Assembly (NCBI GenBank): GCA_025055635.1
Contig: JANWWQ010000005.1
Coordinates: 16,299-80,298 of the forward strand
From: Flavobacteriales bacterium
GTDB taxonomy: Bacteria > Bacteroidota > Bacteroidia > CAIKAF01
Length of the DNA: 64,000 nucleotides
Direction of reading: 5' to 3'
Of the stretch, positions 43,324 through 53,367 are shown piece after piece. Position numbers and translations under genes: made by a program. The notes beneath the pieces are model-generated. The model did no database searches. It saw only the letters and a list, made by a program, of their open reading frames with translations, and was not told the DNA's origin. Every line of letters starts with the position of its first letter. Within the stretch, counting starts at the first letter, position 1.

Positions 43324-46300
43324 AAAATTTTCATTGTGGGCAACATTAGGGGGTCTATTACTGCTTCCTGTAGTCTCTCAAGTATACTTGAAATTCCGAT
43401 TCAGTCCTACAGGCTATCAAAAGAGTCTGGAAAAAGAGTGGAGAAAACGCTGTGACGCTCTTCACCAGCTGCTTACGGATGCAGCGAAGAGCTCCCCTGA
43501 ATTTTTAGAGTCTAGGCGCGTGCAACAGATACTTCGGCGCATTGACGGAGCCCTTTGCCAATACAAAGAAGGACAGGCAGTGGCCTGGACTCATCCAGAT
43601 GTCCCCCCCCTTCAGCCCGCAGCCTCAAACAGCATACAACTTATCCATTATCAGGGACGTGACCTGCTTGCGATGTCAAGGGGTGGATGGTTTGGTTTTT
43701 TACGGTTAGGCCTTGGAAGTCCCGAAGAAACTGGTGACACTGTGAACATAGCGGAAGGAGGTTCTAATAAGATTTTTTTTCAAGGTATGTCCAAACCCGG
43801 TTTCATTCCATTCCGATGGAATGATACAACATTATTTTACTATAAAAGCTCGGCTCCTTCCAACCGTTTCAGCTTTTCTGAAAAACTCTTGTTTCTATGG
43901 TGGCTAGCCCTGGCATTTTGTGTAGGCTTGGGACCTTGGAGAGTGGCTCTGGGGGTTTGGGTATTTATGGCCCTCTGCTTCGCCTATCGGCTTGACACGA
44001 CGCTTTTCGGCATAGCTCCGTTGCAAAGCGCTCTGTGTGGACCGCAGGTAGTGGCTGTTGGTTATTTAGTGCCCTCGGCCATGGCCCTATGGACACTGGC
44101 AATATGGAGTATTACAGGGGTGTTTCGTATTTACCCCAGATTCTATAACACTATTTTTTATCCCCTCATTAAAAAAGGTAAATCTGCCTACGAAGGGCTG
44201 ATTCCTTTTTTAGGAATCCCCTTGACCGCTGTGGTATTCACAATTGTTGCTGATACCGTTAAAAACTCCTCTGTATCCCTAAATCCGGGGGAATTACCTG
44301 CCTGGGCGTGGCAATCTTATTTGCTGTTTGGGAGCCTTTTAATATTGGTTTTAAGCTGGCACAAAATAATGGTTATTAGTCTGCGCCCTATACTGCCGTT
44401 GGACCCTAAACAATGGCTTTGGATATTGGCTTGGACGGCGGGAGGTTTTCTGATCAGCAGGTTTGTAGGGAATTGGAAAACAGCCGCGTTCTCTTCCATG
44501 ACTGTAATCTTATGTGCCCTTGTTGAGTTTTATGCACGGCGGCAGTTCAGGGAATGGAATTCCTTAATGTCAGCCGCAGTGGTAGCATTGCCTATGGGTC
44601 TCCAAATGCTCTGGGCCCGCCATGAAAATATGCTGGACTTCATGCGTTTACGGACCTCGGAAGTATCTGCTATAGTAGATCCAGATGTTGATTATTTGTT
44701 TCGATCGTTGCAGGAAAAGCTTCAGCCTTCGGAAGGTCCTTTGACACTCAGAGAAATTAATCTCATCTTACGCCGTCTGAAAGCATCGTACAGGCAGCGG
44801 TATTCCATCAGAGCTGCCGTTTTTGATGCCCGCTTGCATACCCCTCTCCTTTCCGATGAATCGGGCCTTTTGGATTATGAATATTTTCAAAACCGCATCA
44901 CCGCCAGCGGACAGGCCACAGGCACACCTGGTCTTTTTAAGATTTTCAGGCCAGGAATGGGAACCTTTTATGTGGGTCGTATAGCGCTCAAATCGCCTAT
45001 ACAACCTAGAGTGGTCATGATAGAATGCGTGCCCAGGCACACCGCTCTTTATTTCCATGCCAGCTCCCTAAGAGCCCATACTGCCCACGCAGGCCCTTCT
45101 TTTTCTGAATATTCATATGCTCTGTACCATGGCAATCAGCTGGTGGAAAACGCCGGCCGTTTTGACTATGCCACTCTATTCCCAACGGAAAAGTTAGGGG
45201 GCTGTAAGGGTGAGATGGTACTACGTAACGGTGGCCACTGGCACCTGATCAGCTGTGCCCAAGAAGGTCATGTTGTGGTTATCAGCACACCGGCTGATAA
45301 TGCTTATGCGGTCTTTAGTCATTTTACCCTCGTTTTTCTTTTGGTTTTAGGCTTGGCCGGTTTGTCTTCTCTTCTGCGCACAATGCCGTTAGGACAATGG
45401 AAGGTGCACATAACAGCTTTTCGTACACGGGTGCGTCTTCTGATTTTCGGATTGCTTACTTTCTTCTTCCTGTTTTCCCTTATCGGAACATTGTACTTTC
45501 TGGACCAAAAGTTTGAAGAGAAAAACCAGACACTGCTGAGGGAAAAAATGGCAGCCGTCCTGATGGACCTGGAGGACAACCTGGAAGGTAAAATTTTAGA
45601 TCCTTCTCAAGAAAAACAATTCTTGGACTTTGAACTCACTCGTGTTTCCGAACTCATATTCGCAGATATAAATTTTTTCAGTCGGTCTGGTAAGTTTTTA
45701 TCCAGCTCCAATCCGGCCTTGTTAGAGGAAGGCCTTGTGATGCCGCTCATTCCGCCGACCGTAATGAAGAAGTTGAAAGGGGCCGGAATATCCGTATTGA
45801 TAAATCGTGAAGAGGCTGCCAACTTGAGTTTTATGGCGGGTTATGGTGCGGTAGTGGACAACCGTAAAAACGTCATAGGCTATGTCCAGGTGCCTTTTAT
45901 TGCAAGGCAAAGGCAATATGAGGCTGAACTTTCGGCCACCATCAATACCTTATTCAACGCCTATGCGGCCGCCCTGACGCTGATGCTCACACTTTCCATT
46001 TTTCTCATTCACAGTGCCACAGGTCCTTTGATAAAGCTGTCCGAAAAAATACGATCGTTGCGGTACGGGACACGGGGTGAACGCATTGACTACCCCGGCT
46101 TAGATGAGATTGGGCAATTGGTGCAGGAATATAACCGGCTGGCTGAGGAGCTGGATAAAAGTGCCCGAGAGCTTGCCCGGCGGGAAAGGGAATCTGCTTG
46201 GAAAGATGTGGCCCGTCAGGTAGCCCATGAAATAAAAAATCCCCTCACACCCATGAAGCTTGGTATTCAATATCTTGAAAAGGCCTGGCAGCAGGACAAG

Positions 46301-46855
46301 GAGAAATTTGGCGAACGATTGGCAAGCTTTCGTGCAATGCTGATTTCTCAGATTGAGGCTCTGGACCGTATTGCTTCAGATTTTTCAGCTTATGCCCAGT
46401 TGGGAGAGCCCCGTCCAGAAAAAGTTTCTGTAAAACACTTAGTTGATTCCGTTTGTAGCTTATTTTCTGAAAATGAAAAGAATGTGCGGGTGCATTGCAG
46501 TATTGAGGGAGAAGATTTGTGTATTTATGCCGATAGGGAACATGTTTTACGCATCCTTAACAACCTTGTAAAAAATAGTATCCAAGCCATACCTGACGAT
46601 AAAGCTGGAGAGGTTTATATACACGTCCGCAGGGAAAACCAACATGTACTCATTGCAGTAAAAGACAATGGGGTGGGGATCCCCCTTGAAGAGCAGGAAA
46701 AAATCTTTACCCCCTACTTTACGACGAAGACCGGTGGCATGGGCATCGGTCTGAGCATGAGCAAAAATCTGGTGGAGACCAATGGCGGCAGAATTTGGTT
46801 TCATAGCGAGCCCGGCCAAGGGGCCACTTTTTACGTGAGCTTACCATCCGATTGA
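43295..46855 (+). CDS. large multi-pass membrane sensor histidine kinase
   Basis: 1186 aa. The ~900-aa N-terminal region has many TM segments. It is followed by a HAMP-like linker, H-box VAHEIKNPLTPM, N-box NLVKNSIQA, G1 DNGVGIP and G2 GGMGIGLSMS. No response regulator gene is adjacent. Confidence 0.85.
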   Translation: MSSNKIKLPEKFSLWATLGGLLLLPVVSQVYLKFRFSPTGYQKSLEKEWRKRCDALHQLLTDAAKSSPEFLESRRVQQILRRIDGALCQYKEGQAVAWTHPDVPPLQPAASNSIQLIHYQGRDLLAMSRGGWFGFLRLGLGSPEETGDTVNIAEGGSNKIFFQGMSKPGFIPFRWNDTTLFYYKSSAPSNRFSFSEKLLFLWWLALAFCVGLGPWRVALGVWVFMALCFAYRLDTTLFGIAPLQSALCGPQVVAVGYLVPSAMALWTLAIWSITGVFRIYPRFYNTIFYPLIKKGKSAYEGLIPFLGIPLTAVVFTIVADTVKNSSVSLNPGELPAWAWQSYLLFGSLLILVLSWHKIMVISLRPILPLDPKQWLWILAWTAGGFLISRFVGNWKTAAFSSMTVILCALVEFYARRQFREWNSLMSAAVVALPMGLQMLWARHENMLDFMRLRTSEVSAIVDPDVDYLFRSLQEKLQPSEGPLTLREINLILRRLKASYRQRYSIRAAVFDARLHTPLLSDESGLLDYEYFQNRITASGQATGTPGLFKIFRPGMGTFYVGRIALKSPIQPRVVMIECVPRHTALYFHASSLRAHTAHAGPSFSEYSYALYHGNQLVENAGRFDYATLFPTEKLGGCKGEMVLRNGGHWHLISCAQEGHVVVISTPADNAYAVFSHFTLVFLLVLGLAGLSSLLRTMPLGQWKVHITAFRTRVRLLIFGLLTFFFLFSLIGTLYFLDQKFEEKNQTLLREKMAAVLMDLEDNLEGKILDPSQEKQFLDFELTRVSELIFADINFFSRSGKFLSSSNPALLEEGLVMPLIPPTVMKKLKGAGISVLINREEAANLSFMAGYGAVVDNRKNVIGYVQVPFIARQRQYEAELSATINTLFNAYAAALTLMLTLSIFLIHSATGPLIKLSEKIRSLRYGTRGERIDYPGLDEIGQLVQEYNRLAEELDKSARELARRERESAWKDVARQVAHEIKNPLTPMKLGIQYLEKAWQQDKEKFGERLASFRAMLISQIEALDRIASDFSAYAQLGEPRPEKVSVKHLVDSVCSLFSENEKNVRVHCSIEGEDLCIYADREHVLRILNNLVKNSIQAIPDDKAGEVYIHVRRENQHVLIAVKDNGVGIPLEEQEKIFTPYFTTKTGGMGIGLSMSKNLVETNGGRIWFHSEPGQGATFYVSLPSD

Positions 46856-46957
46856 AGTAAAAAAGCGTTTCCTCAACTTCTTGTGCGAAGAAGGGACGAG
46901 GGCCTGTCTAAAAACACGCAAAAAAGCTGAATAGGGATTTTGTTTCTTTGCCAAAAG

Positions 46958-49363
46958 ATGAAATTTTCTTTCCGATATCTCTCCAAATTCCTGAATCCAT
47001 TGCCCGGCGTTGACGAGTTGGCCGATTTACTCACATTTTGCGGGTTGGAAGTGGAGCATGTGGAGGAATGGTACAGCCATAAGTACGGCTTAAAGAATAT
47101 CGTCGTGGGTCAAGTGGTAAAAGTATGGCCCCATCCAAAGGCCGATAGATTGGTGTGTACACTGGTGAATATTGGTGGAGAGAGGATTCTCCAGATTGTA
47201 TGCGGAGCTCCCAACGTAAAGGAAGGACAGAAGGTAGTTGTGGCCTTGGAGGGAGCTAAGTTAGAGGTTCCTGGAAAGGGACTCCTCACCATTCAGAAAA
47301 CCCTGATCCGTGGCCAAGTGTCTGAAGGAATGTTATGCGCCCCAGACGAGATTGGAATAGACACAAGCCACGAGGGCATATTGGTATTAGAAGATGAAGC
47401 AAAACCCGGGACCCCTGCGTCAGAATATTTTCACGTGCAATCAGATGTGATATTCACTGTGAATATCACACCAAACCGACCGGATGCCACCCATCACCTG
47501 GGACTAGCAAGGGATGTGCGGGCGGCTCTAAATGCCCGAAGCCGTCCCACGCAACTCATCATAGATTGGATGGAACAGGAGCCCATCAGAGAGGCTGAAG
47601 GGCCCATACCTGTTTTTGTGGAAGCGTCTGAGGCGGCTCCCTACTACACCGGATGTCTGGTGGAAGGTCTCACCGTGGGCCCATCACCAGAATGGCTGAA
47701 GTATTTCCTGGAAAGTTGCGGCTATAAATCGGTCAACAATGTTGTGGATGTGGCCAACATGGTGATGTTGGAGTTGGGCCAGCCTCTCCATTTTTTTGAT
47801 GCGGACAAGCTTCAAGGAAGTATACGGGTGCGTTGGGCCCGTGCAGGGGAAAAACTCCTTTTCTTAGATGGGGTGGAGAGGACTTTACAGCCTTCGGATC
47901 TGGTGATTGCCGATGAATCAAAAGCCCACTGCCTCGCAGGCATAATGGGAGGCAAGGAAAGCGCAGTTGCCTTGGATACGCAAAGGATCTTCATTGAGTC
48001 TGCGTGGTTCCATCCCACTGTGATACGCAAAAGTGCCCGGTATCACAGATTAAATACGGAGGCTTCTTATCGTTTTGAACGGCGAACCGATCCTGCAATG
48101 GTCAAAGCCGCCGTTGAACGGGCCTTATTCCTACTCAAAGAGTTAGCCGGGGCCAGACCTAAAGGTGGTTTAGTGGCAATCGGGAGACCCCCAATGTCAG
48201 AGGTGGAAATTCCTTTCTCCCCGTCCCAGGCGAACCATTTTTTGGGAACCGACTTAGCCGAGGAGGAGATGGTGGCCATATTAAATGATTTAGGGTTTTC
48301 TGTGGAGACCTTGGCAGACCAAAACTGGATCGTACGTCCGCCCTCCTTCCGGGCAGATGTCCTCCGGTGGCAAGACGTGGCCGAGGAAATAATACGCATT
48401 GCAGGGTTTCAGCGGCTGGCTTCTTCGGAGGTAATTCGGTTTTCACCTCCCCAGAGCCTGGATGAGTCGGCTTTTGAAAAGCGCCGAAAAATTGCGCACC
48501 GTTTAAGTCATTTAGGCTTCACGGAGATAATCACGTACCCCATGGTGAACCCTGACTTAGTTGGCACGGATGAGCACACAGTACATCTGAAGAACCCTAT
48601 TAGCCAGGAGATGTCAGTGCTCCGGCGAAGCCTTCTGGAATCTATGCTCCCTGTGGCAGTTTACAATATACACAGGCAGATGGAACATTTAAAACTGTTT
48701 GAGATAGGACGAATTTTTAAAAAAATGGACGCAGAAGTCCAAGAGACGGAAGTGTTAGGTATCTTAGTGACCGGAGCACGTTACCCGGATAATTGGTACA
48801 ATCCTCGCGCACAAACCGATTTCTATTTTTTAAAAGGTGTCCTTAATAGTTTTCCAGGTTGGAATTTAGATTGGCATCCAGAAAGCTCTGTATGGAATGG
48901 ATTATCTGGCTTTCTGCTTACACATCCCAAAGATGGTATTGTAGGCTATGCTGTGCAACCGCCCCAGTCCTGGTTAGAAAAGCTGGACTTGGACAAGTCT
49001 ATCTATTTCGTGCAGGTAATTCTTACTGAAAATTTGTTAAGAAGTGGGAAACGATTGCGCCATTTAGCTCCGCCCCGTTTTCCCGTTGTACGGCGTGACC
49101 TGGCGTTCCTTGTGCCTAAGAATGTACCATTTAAAAAAATGGAGGAATGGGTGTGGAATACGGGGGGCGAATTTTTACGGGACGTGGAATTGTTTGATGT
49201 GTATGAAGGAAAGAATATACCCGCTGATCATAGGTCTATTGCACTACGATTGATATTTCGTAATGATGAGCGTACGTTGACGGACGAGGAAGTGCAAAAA
49301 GCGGTGGAAAATATTGCAACCAGCATAGAGCAAAATTGTCAGGCTACTTGGCGAAAAGGATGA
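46958..49363 (+). CDS. pheT: phenylalanine--tRNA ligase beta subunit
   Basis: ATG at 46958 (the track TTG is at 46940). Starts MKFSFRYLSKFLNP. It has a tRNA-binding OB domain (VVGQVVKVWPHPKADRL), B3/4 and B5 regions, and a C-terminal FDX-ACB-like end. Confidence 0.93.
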   Translation: MKFSFRYLSKFLNPLPGVDELADLLTFCGLEVEHVEEWYSHKYGLKNIVVGQVVKVWPHPKADRLVCTLVNIGGERILQIVCGAPNVKEGQKVVVALEGAKLEVPGKGLLTIQKTLIRGQVSEGMLCAPDEIGIDTSHEGILVLEDEAKPGTPASEYFHVQSDVIFTVNITPNRPDATHHLGLARDVRAALNARSRPTQLIIDWMEQEPIREAEGPIPVFVEASEAAPYYTGCLVEGLTVGPSPEWLKYFLESCGYKSVNNVVDVANMVMLELGQPLHFFDADKLQGSIRVRWARAGEKLLFLDGVERTLQPSDLVIADESKAHCLAGIMGGKESAVALDTQRIFIESAWFHPTVIRKSARYHRLNTEASYRFERRTDPAMVKAAVERALFLLKELAGARPKGGLVAIGRPPMSEVEIPFSPSQANHFLGTDLAEEEMVAILNDLGFSVETLADQNWIVRPPSFRADVLRWQDVAEEIIRIAGFQRLASSEVIRFSPPQSLDESAFEKRRKIAHRLSHLGFTEIITYPMVNPDLVGTDEHTVHLKNPISQEMSVLRRSLLESMLPVAVYNIHRQMEHLKLFEIGRIFKKMDAEVQETEVLGILVTGARYPDNWYNPRAQTDFYFLKGVLNSFPGWNLDWHPESSVWNGLSGFLLTHPKDGIVGYAVQPPQSWLEKLDLDKSIYFVQVILTENLLRSGKRLRHLAPPRFPVVRRDLAFLVPKNVPFKKMEEWVWNTGGEFLRDVELFDVYEGKNIPADHRSIALRLIFRNDERTLTDEEVQKAVENIATSIEQNCQATWRKG

Positions 49364-50283
49364 GAGCTTACGTGCTCAGTGGGCTTTTGAAATGGGGCTG
49401 GATAATCCTAACTGCAGGGAGTAAGGCATTGTGGGCCCAAGTATCTTTTGATTCCGATGATCCTCAATATTTTCAGAAGTACGGACTTCCCTACCAAAAG
49501 GTACATACAAAACTTTCAGAGGCTCTGCGAAGGCCCGGTGAGGTTGTGAAATTGAAACTAAAAGATGAATACATCCCTGACAAGGTTTCCCGGTTGTCAC
49601 GGCTTGTAAACCTGCAGATTTTGGATCTGGACAATGTCTTTCTAGAGGAACTTCCTGAAGCCCTTGGGCATATGCCACAGCTTCTCATTCTGGTGTCACG
49701 GCGCAATAGGATAAAGAAAATAAACCCTGGCTTAGCCCGTGCCGGATCGCTGATGTACATGGAACTTTACGGGACGGCCCTAGATAGCTTGCCGTCTTCT
49801 CTCAGCCGCCTCACACGGCTGGAACTCCTCAGAGTGGGACCTAACTATGCAGATACCCTGCGCCTCAGCCCTCAACTCGCCAGGTTACATTCCATGAGGG
49901 ATCTGCAGTTTTTGGATTGTAATTTATACCAGTTTCCTGAGTGGATAACTGCCCTGCCCCGCTTGGAACGGCTGGTGTTGATCCGATGCCAATTAGATAC
50001 GGTGAACGTTTCCCTAAAACACATGAGCCACCTGAAAGCAATTGACCTGAGCGGTAACCGTTTTCGTGTCTTGCCACGACCTCTATTGGATGTACCGAAC
50101 CTGGAGTATCTGGGACTAAGAGATAACCAGTTGGTGGAACTGCCGGAACACTTACTTTTTCTTAGAAAATTACAAACTCTGGATGTAAGGGGCAATCCCA
50201 TTCGCCCTGATAATCTCAGATTGCTTCGCCTAGCATTACCGCGGTGCCGGATATTGTGGGAGCCACCAGGGGCATCAAGGTGA
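49360..50283 (+). CDS. leucine-rich repeat protein (secreted)
   Basis: ATG at 49360 overlaps the pheT stop as ATGA. Signal peptide MRAYVLSGLLKWGWIILTAGSKALWAQ. It has about 9 LxxLxLxxNxLxxLP repeats. Confidence 0.75.
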   Translation: MRAYVLSGLLKWGWIILTAGSKALWAQVSFDSDDPQYFQKYGLPYQKVHTKLSEALRRPGEVVKLKLKDEYIPDKVSRLSRLVNLQILDLDNVFLEELPEALGHMPQLLILVSRRNRIKKINPGLARAGSLMYMELYGTALDSLPSSLSRLTRLELLRVGPNYADTLRLSPQLARLHSMRDLQFLDCNLYQFPEWITALPRLERLVLIRCQLDTVNVSLKHMSHLKAIDLSGNRFRVLPRPLLDVPNLEYLGLRDNQLVELPEHLLFLRKLQTLDVRGNPIRPDNLRLLRLALPRCRILWEPPGASR

Positions 50284-50284
50284 A

Positions 50285-51403
50285 TTATCCAGCTCCCAGT
50301 TTCTCTAAAGCTTTTTCAAGACGAGGATCCGCGGGGATGGAGGGGCTTTTTTGGTAAATAAGAGTTTGACGGCGCATACTTTCAGCGTAAATAGCATTAA
50401 TGATGCTCTCCACAAACTCAGGGCTCAGATTTAAACGACTAGCCATTGAGCTACGCTTCATGTGCAATTGTTCCCAGCGGTCGGGCTGAAAGATGGGAAT
50501 GTTGTTTTCATTTTTGTATTGACCTATTTGGTCCACATAATCCAATCGCCGAGCCAGGAGAGTGAAAAGTTCATCATCTAGGCTATCTATCATGATACGG
50601 AGGCGCTCAAGGCGCGATTCATGACCCAAGGCTTGGGCTTCCCGCAATTGATGAACGAGCTGGGAGGCTAGCTGACACCAGGCTTCGGGGGTCAGCTGCT
50701 GGGCACTGTCACTGAGGGCTTCTGCAGGGTTTAGGTGCACTTCCACCATCAGTCCAGCCATCCCAAGTTCTAAGGCCTTTTTAGCCACTTCGGGTATTAA
50801 GTCTCGTCGGCCCGCAATGTGGCTGGGATCGCAGAGAAGGGGCACAGAAGGAAGGGCCGCCATATATTGGATCGCTAAATCCCAACGCGGGGAATAGCGG
50901 TACAACTTTTCATCATAACTCTGAAAGCCACGATGTACTGCCATAACCTTGGCTGGAGAGGCCTTCAGAATACGTTCCGTGGCCCCTATCCACAACTTTA
51001 GATCAGCATTGATAGGGTTTTTAACTATTACCGTAATGGGTGCCCCTGCAACCACGTCCGCGATTTCTTGGACAAGAAATGGATTCACCGTGGTGCGCGC
51101 TCCCAGCCAGATTGCATCAAATCCGTGATGGAGAAGTATATGGGCTTGCTCAGCGTTAGCGGCCTCAGTGGCCACAGGAAGACCAATTTCGCGCTGGACG
51201 GTGAGCAGCCAGCGAACTGCCCGCAATCCAAAACCTTCAAAAGTACCTGGCCGGGTCCGCGGTTTCCAGGCACCTGCCCTGAACAACTGGCAGTAACCAG
51301 ATTCCTTTAGCTTGCGGGCAACCTCCAAAAGGGATTGTTCTGACTCGGCACTACACGGACCCGCAATCCAATAAAAGCTATTTTCAGGCCGGAAACATTC
51401 CAT
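50285..51403 (-). CDS. bifunctional 3-deoxy-7-phosphoheptulonate synthase / chorismate mutase type II
   Basis: 372 aa. IAGPCSAES and RAGAWKPRTRPGTFEGFG (type I-beta DAHPS), then C-terminal LERLRIMIDSLDDELFTLLARRLDYVDQIGQYK (CM_2). Confidence 0.85.
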   Translation of the reverse strand: MECFRPENSFYWIAGPCSAESEQSLLEVARKLKESGYCQLFRAGAWKPRTRPGTFEGFGLRAVRWLLTVQREIGLPVATEAANAEQAHILLHHGFDAIWLGARTTVNPFLVQEIADVVAGAPITVIVKNPINADLKLWIGATERILKASPAKVMAVHRGFQSYDEKLYRYSPRWDLAIQYMAALPSVPLLCDPSHIAGRRDLIPEVAKKALELGMAGLMVEVHLNPAEALSDSAQQLTPEAWCQLASQLVHQLREAQALGHESRLERLRIMIDSLDDELFTLLARRLDYVDQIGQYKNENNIPIFQPDRWEQLHMKRSSMASRLNLSPEFVESIINAIYAESMRRQTLIYQKSPSIPADPRLEKALEKLGAG

Positions 51404-51468
51404 TATAAGTTCTAAAACTACAAATTAAGCAATAATTGATGAAAATTGTTTTTTCCTCTACTTTTGGC

Positions 51469-51476
51469 CAATTTAC
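51469..51476 (+). promoter_or_regulatory. -7 promoter box TACTTTTG for epimerase-rsgA-GT operon
   Basis: Perfect TAnnTTTG, 15 nt upstream of ATG 51492. Confidence 0.5.
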
Positions 51477-51491
51477 CGAAAGAGAAGAATT

Positions 51492-52427
51492 ATGGAGCAG
51501 GTGAATATACTGGTGACGGGAGGAGCGGGCTTTATTGGAAGCGCCATGGCCGAAAAATTATCAGAATTTCCAGGCGCCCAGGTGGTGATTGTGGATAATC
51601 TGAGTACAGGCTCCGAAAAAAAAGTACCCCGAAAGGATAACATTAAGTTTATTGTATGTGATGTAAACAACTACGAAGAAATTCAAAATGTATTTTTTAG
51701 GTTTGGCTTTCACTATGTTTTTCATTATGCAGCGGTTGTGGGGGTTCAAAGAACTCTAAGCAACCCTTTAGCAGTGCTGCGAGATATAAAAGGGCTGGAG
51801 AATATTTTAACGCTAAGTAAAACCACAGGGGTCCAGCACGTATATTTTTCATCTTCCTCGGAAGTTTACGGGGAGCCAGTGGAATTTCCTCAGAACGAAG
51901 AAACCACGCCATTGAACTCACGCCTTCCTTACGCTATAGTAAAAAATGTAGGGGAAGCTTTTCTGAAGGCTTTTTATCAGGAATATAACCTGCCATACAC
52001 GGTGTTCAGGTTTTTCAACACATACGGCCCCAAACAATCCAGGGATTTTGTCATTTCAAAATTCATCGCTGCTGCCCTGAAAAACGAGCCCTTGACGATT
52101 TATGGTGATGGTACCCAGTCACGTACATTCTGCTACATAGACGATAATGTAGATGCCTGTTACAACGCATTCACAAAAAAGATGTTTGTGAATGATGTCG
52201 TAAATATTGGTAGCGATGTGGAATTCCCTATAATCCGCGTGGCAGAATTAATTATCCGCTTGACAGGTTCCCGTTCTAAAATAGAATTTTTACCCAAGCT
52301 CAAGGAAGGGGATATGACCCGAAGAAAACCTGATATTTCTAAGATGAGAAAGCTTCTAGACCGACCCCTGATCGATTTGGAAGAAGGAATAAAGAAGATC
52401 TTAGAAAACCCGCAATACATTTTATAA
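51492..52427 (+). CDS. NAD-dependent epimerase/dehydratase (UDP-sugar decarboxylase/epimerase-like SDR)
   Basis: 311 aa. VTGGAGFIGS Rossmann motif and YAIVK (YxxxK). Confidence 0.8.
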   Translation: MEQVNILVTGGAGFIGSAMAEKLSEFPGAQVVIVDNLSTGSEKKVPRKDNIKFIVCDVNNYEEIQNVFFRFGFHYVFHYAAVVGVQRTLSNPLAVLRDIKGLENILTLSKTTGVQHVYFSSSSEVYGEPVEFPQNEETTPLNSRLPYAIVKNVGEAFLKAFYQEYNLPYTVFRFFNTYGPKQSRDFVISKFIAAALKNEPLTIYGDGTQSRTFCYIDDNVDACYNAFTKKMFVNDVVNIGSDVEFPIIRVAELIIRLTGSRSKIEFLPKLKEGDMTRRKPDISKMRKLLDRPLIDLEEGIKKILENPQYIL

Positions 52428-52440
52428 CCAAGATTGAGAA

Positions 52441-53367
52441 GTGCCAGATCTCTCCGAAGGTATCGTAACCAAGACAGCCGGTAGCACATATTGGGTATGG
52501 ATGCAGAATCAATTTTATTGCTGCACGCTGGCCGGTAAGGTGCGTCTTGAAGGTATTAAGGCTACCAATCCTGTGGCTGTGGGAGATAAGGTGGTTTTTG
52601 ATGCGGAAAAAAAAACAATTATTGATATTCTGCCCCGAAAGAATTATATTTTAAGAGAAGCTGCCAATCTCTCGCGTCGTATACAGATCCTCGCTGCTAA
52701 TCTGGATTTGCTTGCGTTGATCGTATCCTATAAACTACCCCGAACGTCCAAAGGGTTTGCTGACCGAGTGCTGGCCACATGCGAAGCCTATTCCGTTTCG
52801 CCCCTCATCATTTTCAACAAACATGACTTATGGGACCAGGAGGACCAAACAGCTGTTGAGGAATGGAAGCAGGTGTACGAGTCTTTGGGCTATCGCACTC
52901 TGATTTCTTCCATTTACAACGAGATATCCATTCAAGAACTTTCAAAGCACCTCATAGGCAAAACCACCTTATTCATAGGTCATTCGGGAGCAGGTAAATC
53001 CAGTCTTCTCAATAAGCTTATTCCGGGTTTGGGGTTGCGCACTGCCGATATTTCAAGAAAGTTTGGAAAAGGACGCCACACAACCACTTTCGCTGAAATG
53101 TTCATCACCGAGCAGTTTCGGGTTATTGACACACCCGGCGTAAAGGAATTTGGTATGGCTAGAATGAAAAAGGCCGAAGTGGGGGATTATTTTCCTGAAA
53201 TATTAAAAATCAAACATCTCTGTCGTTACAACAACTGCCTGCATGTAAATGAGCCTGGTTGTGCTGTCCTAGAGGCAGTGAAAGAAGGCAAAATAGCAAC
53301 CTGGCGATACGAGAACTATCTTAACATCCTGCATTCGTGTCAATATGAGGCGTGGCGTGACGAATGA
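52441..53367 (+). CDS. rsgA: ribosome small-subunit-dependent GTPase A
   Basis: 308 aa. Circularly permuted GTPase with NKHDL, GHSGAGKSSLLN and DTPG, plus the zinc knuckle CRYNNCLHVNEPGCAV. Confidence 0.88.
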   Translation: MPDLSEGIVTKTAGSTYWVWMQNQFYCCTLAGKVRLEGIKATNPVAVGDKVVFDAEKKTIIDILPRKNYILREAANLSRRIQILAANLDLLALIVSYKLPRTSKGFADRVLATCEAYSVSPLIIFNKHDLWDQEDQTAVEEWKQVYESLGYRTLISSIYNEISIQELSKHLIGKTTLFIGHSGAGKSSLLNKLIPGLGLRTADISRKFGKGRHTTTFAEMFITEQFRVIDTPGVKEFGMARMKKAEVGDYFPEILKIKHLCRYNNCLHVNEPGCAVLEAVKEGKIATWRYENYLNILHSCQYEAWRDE

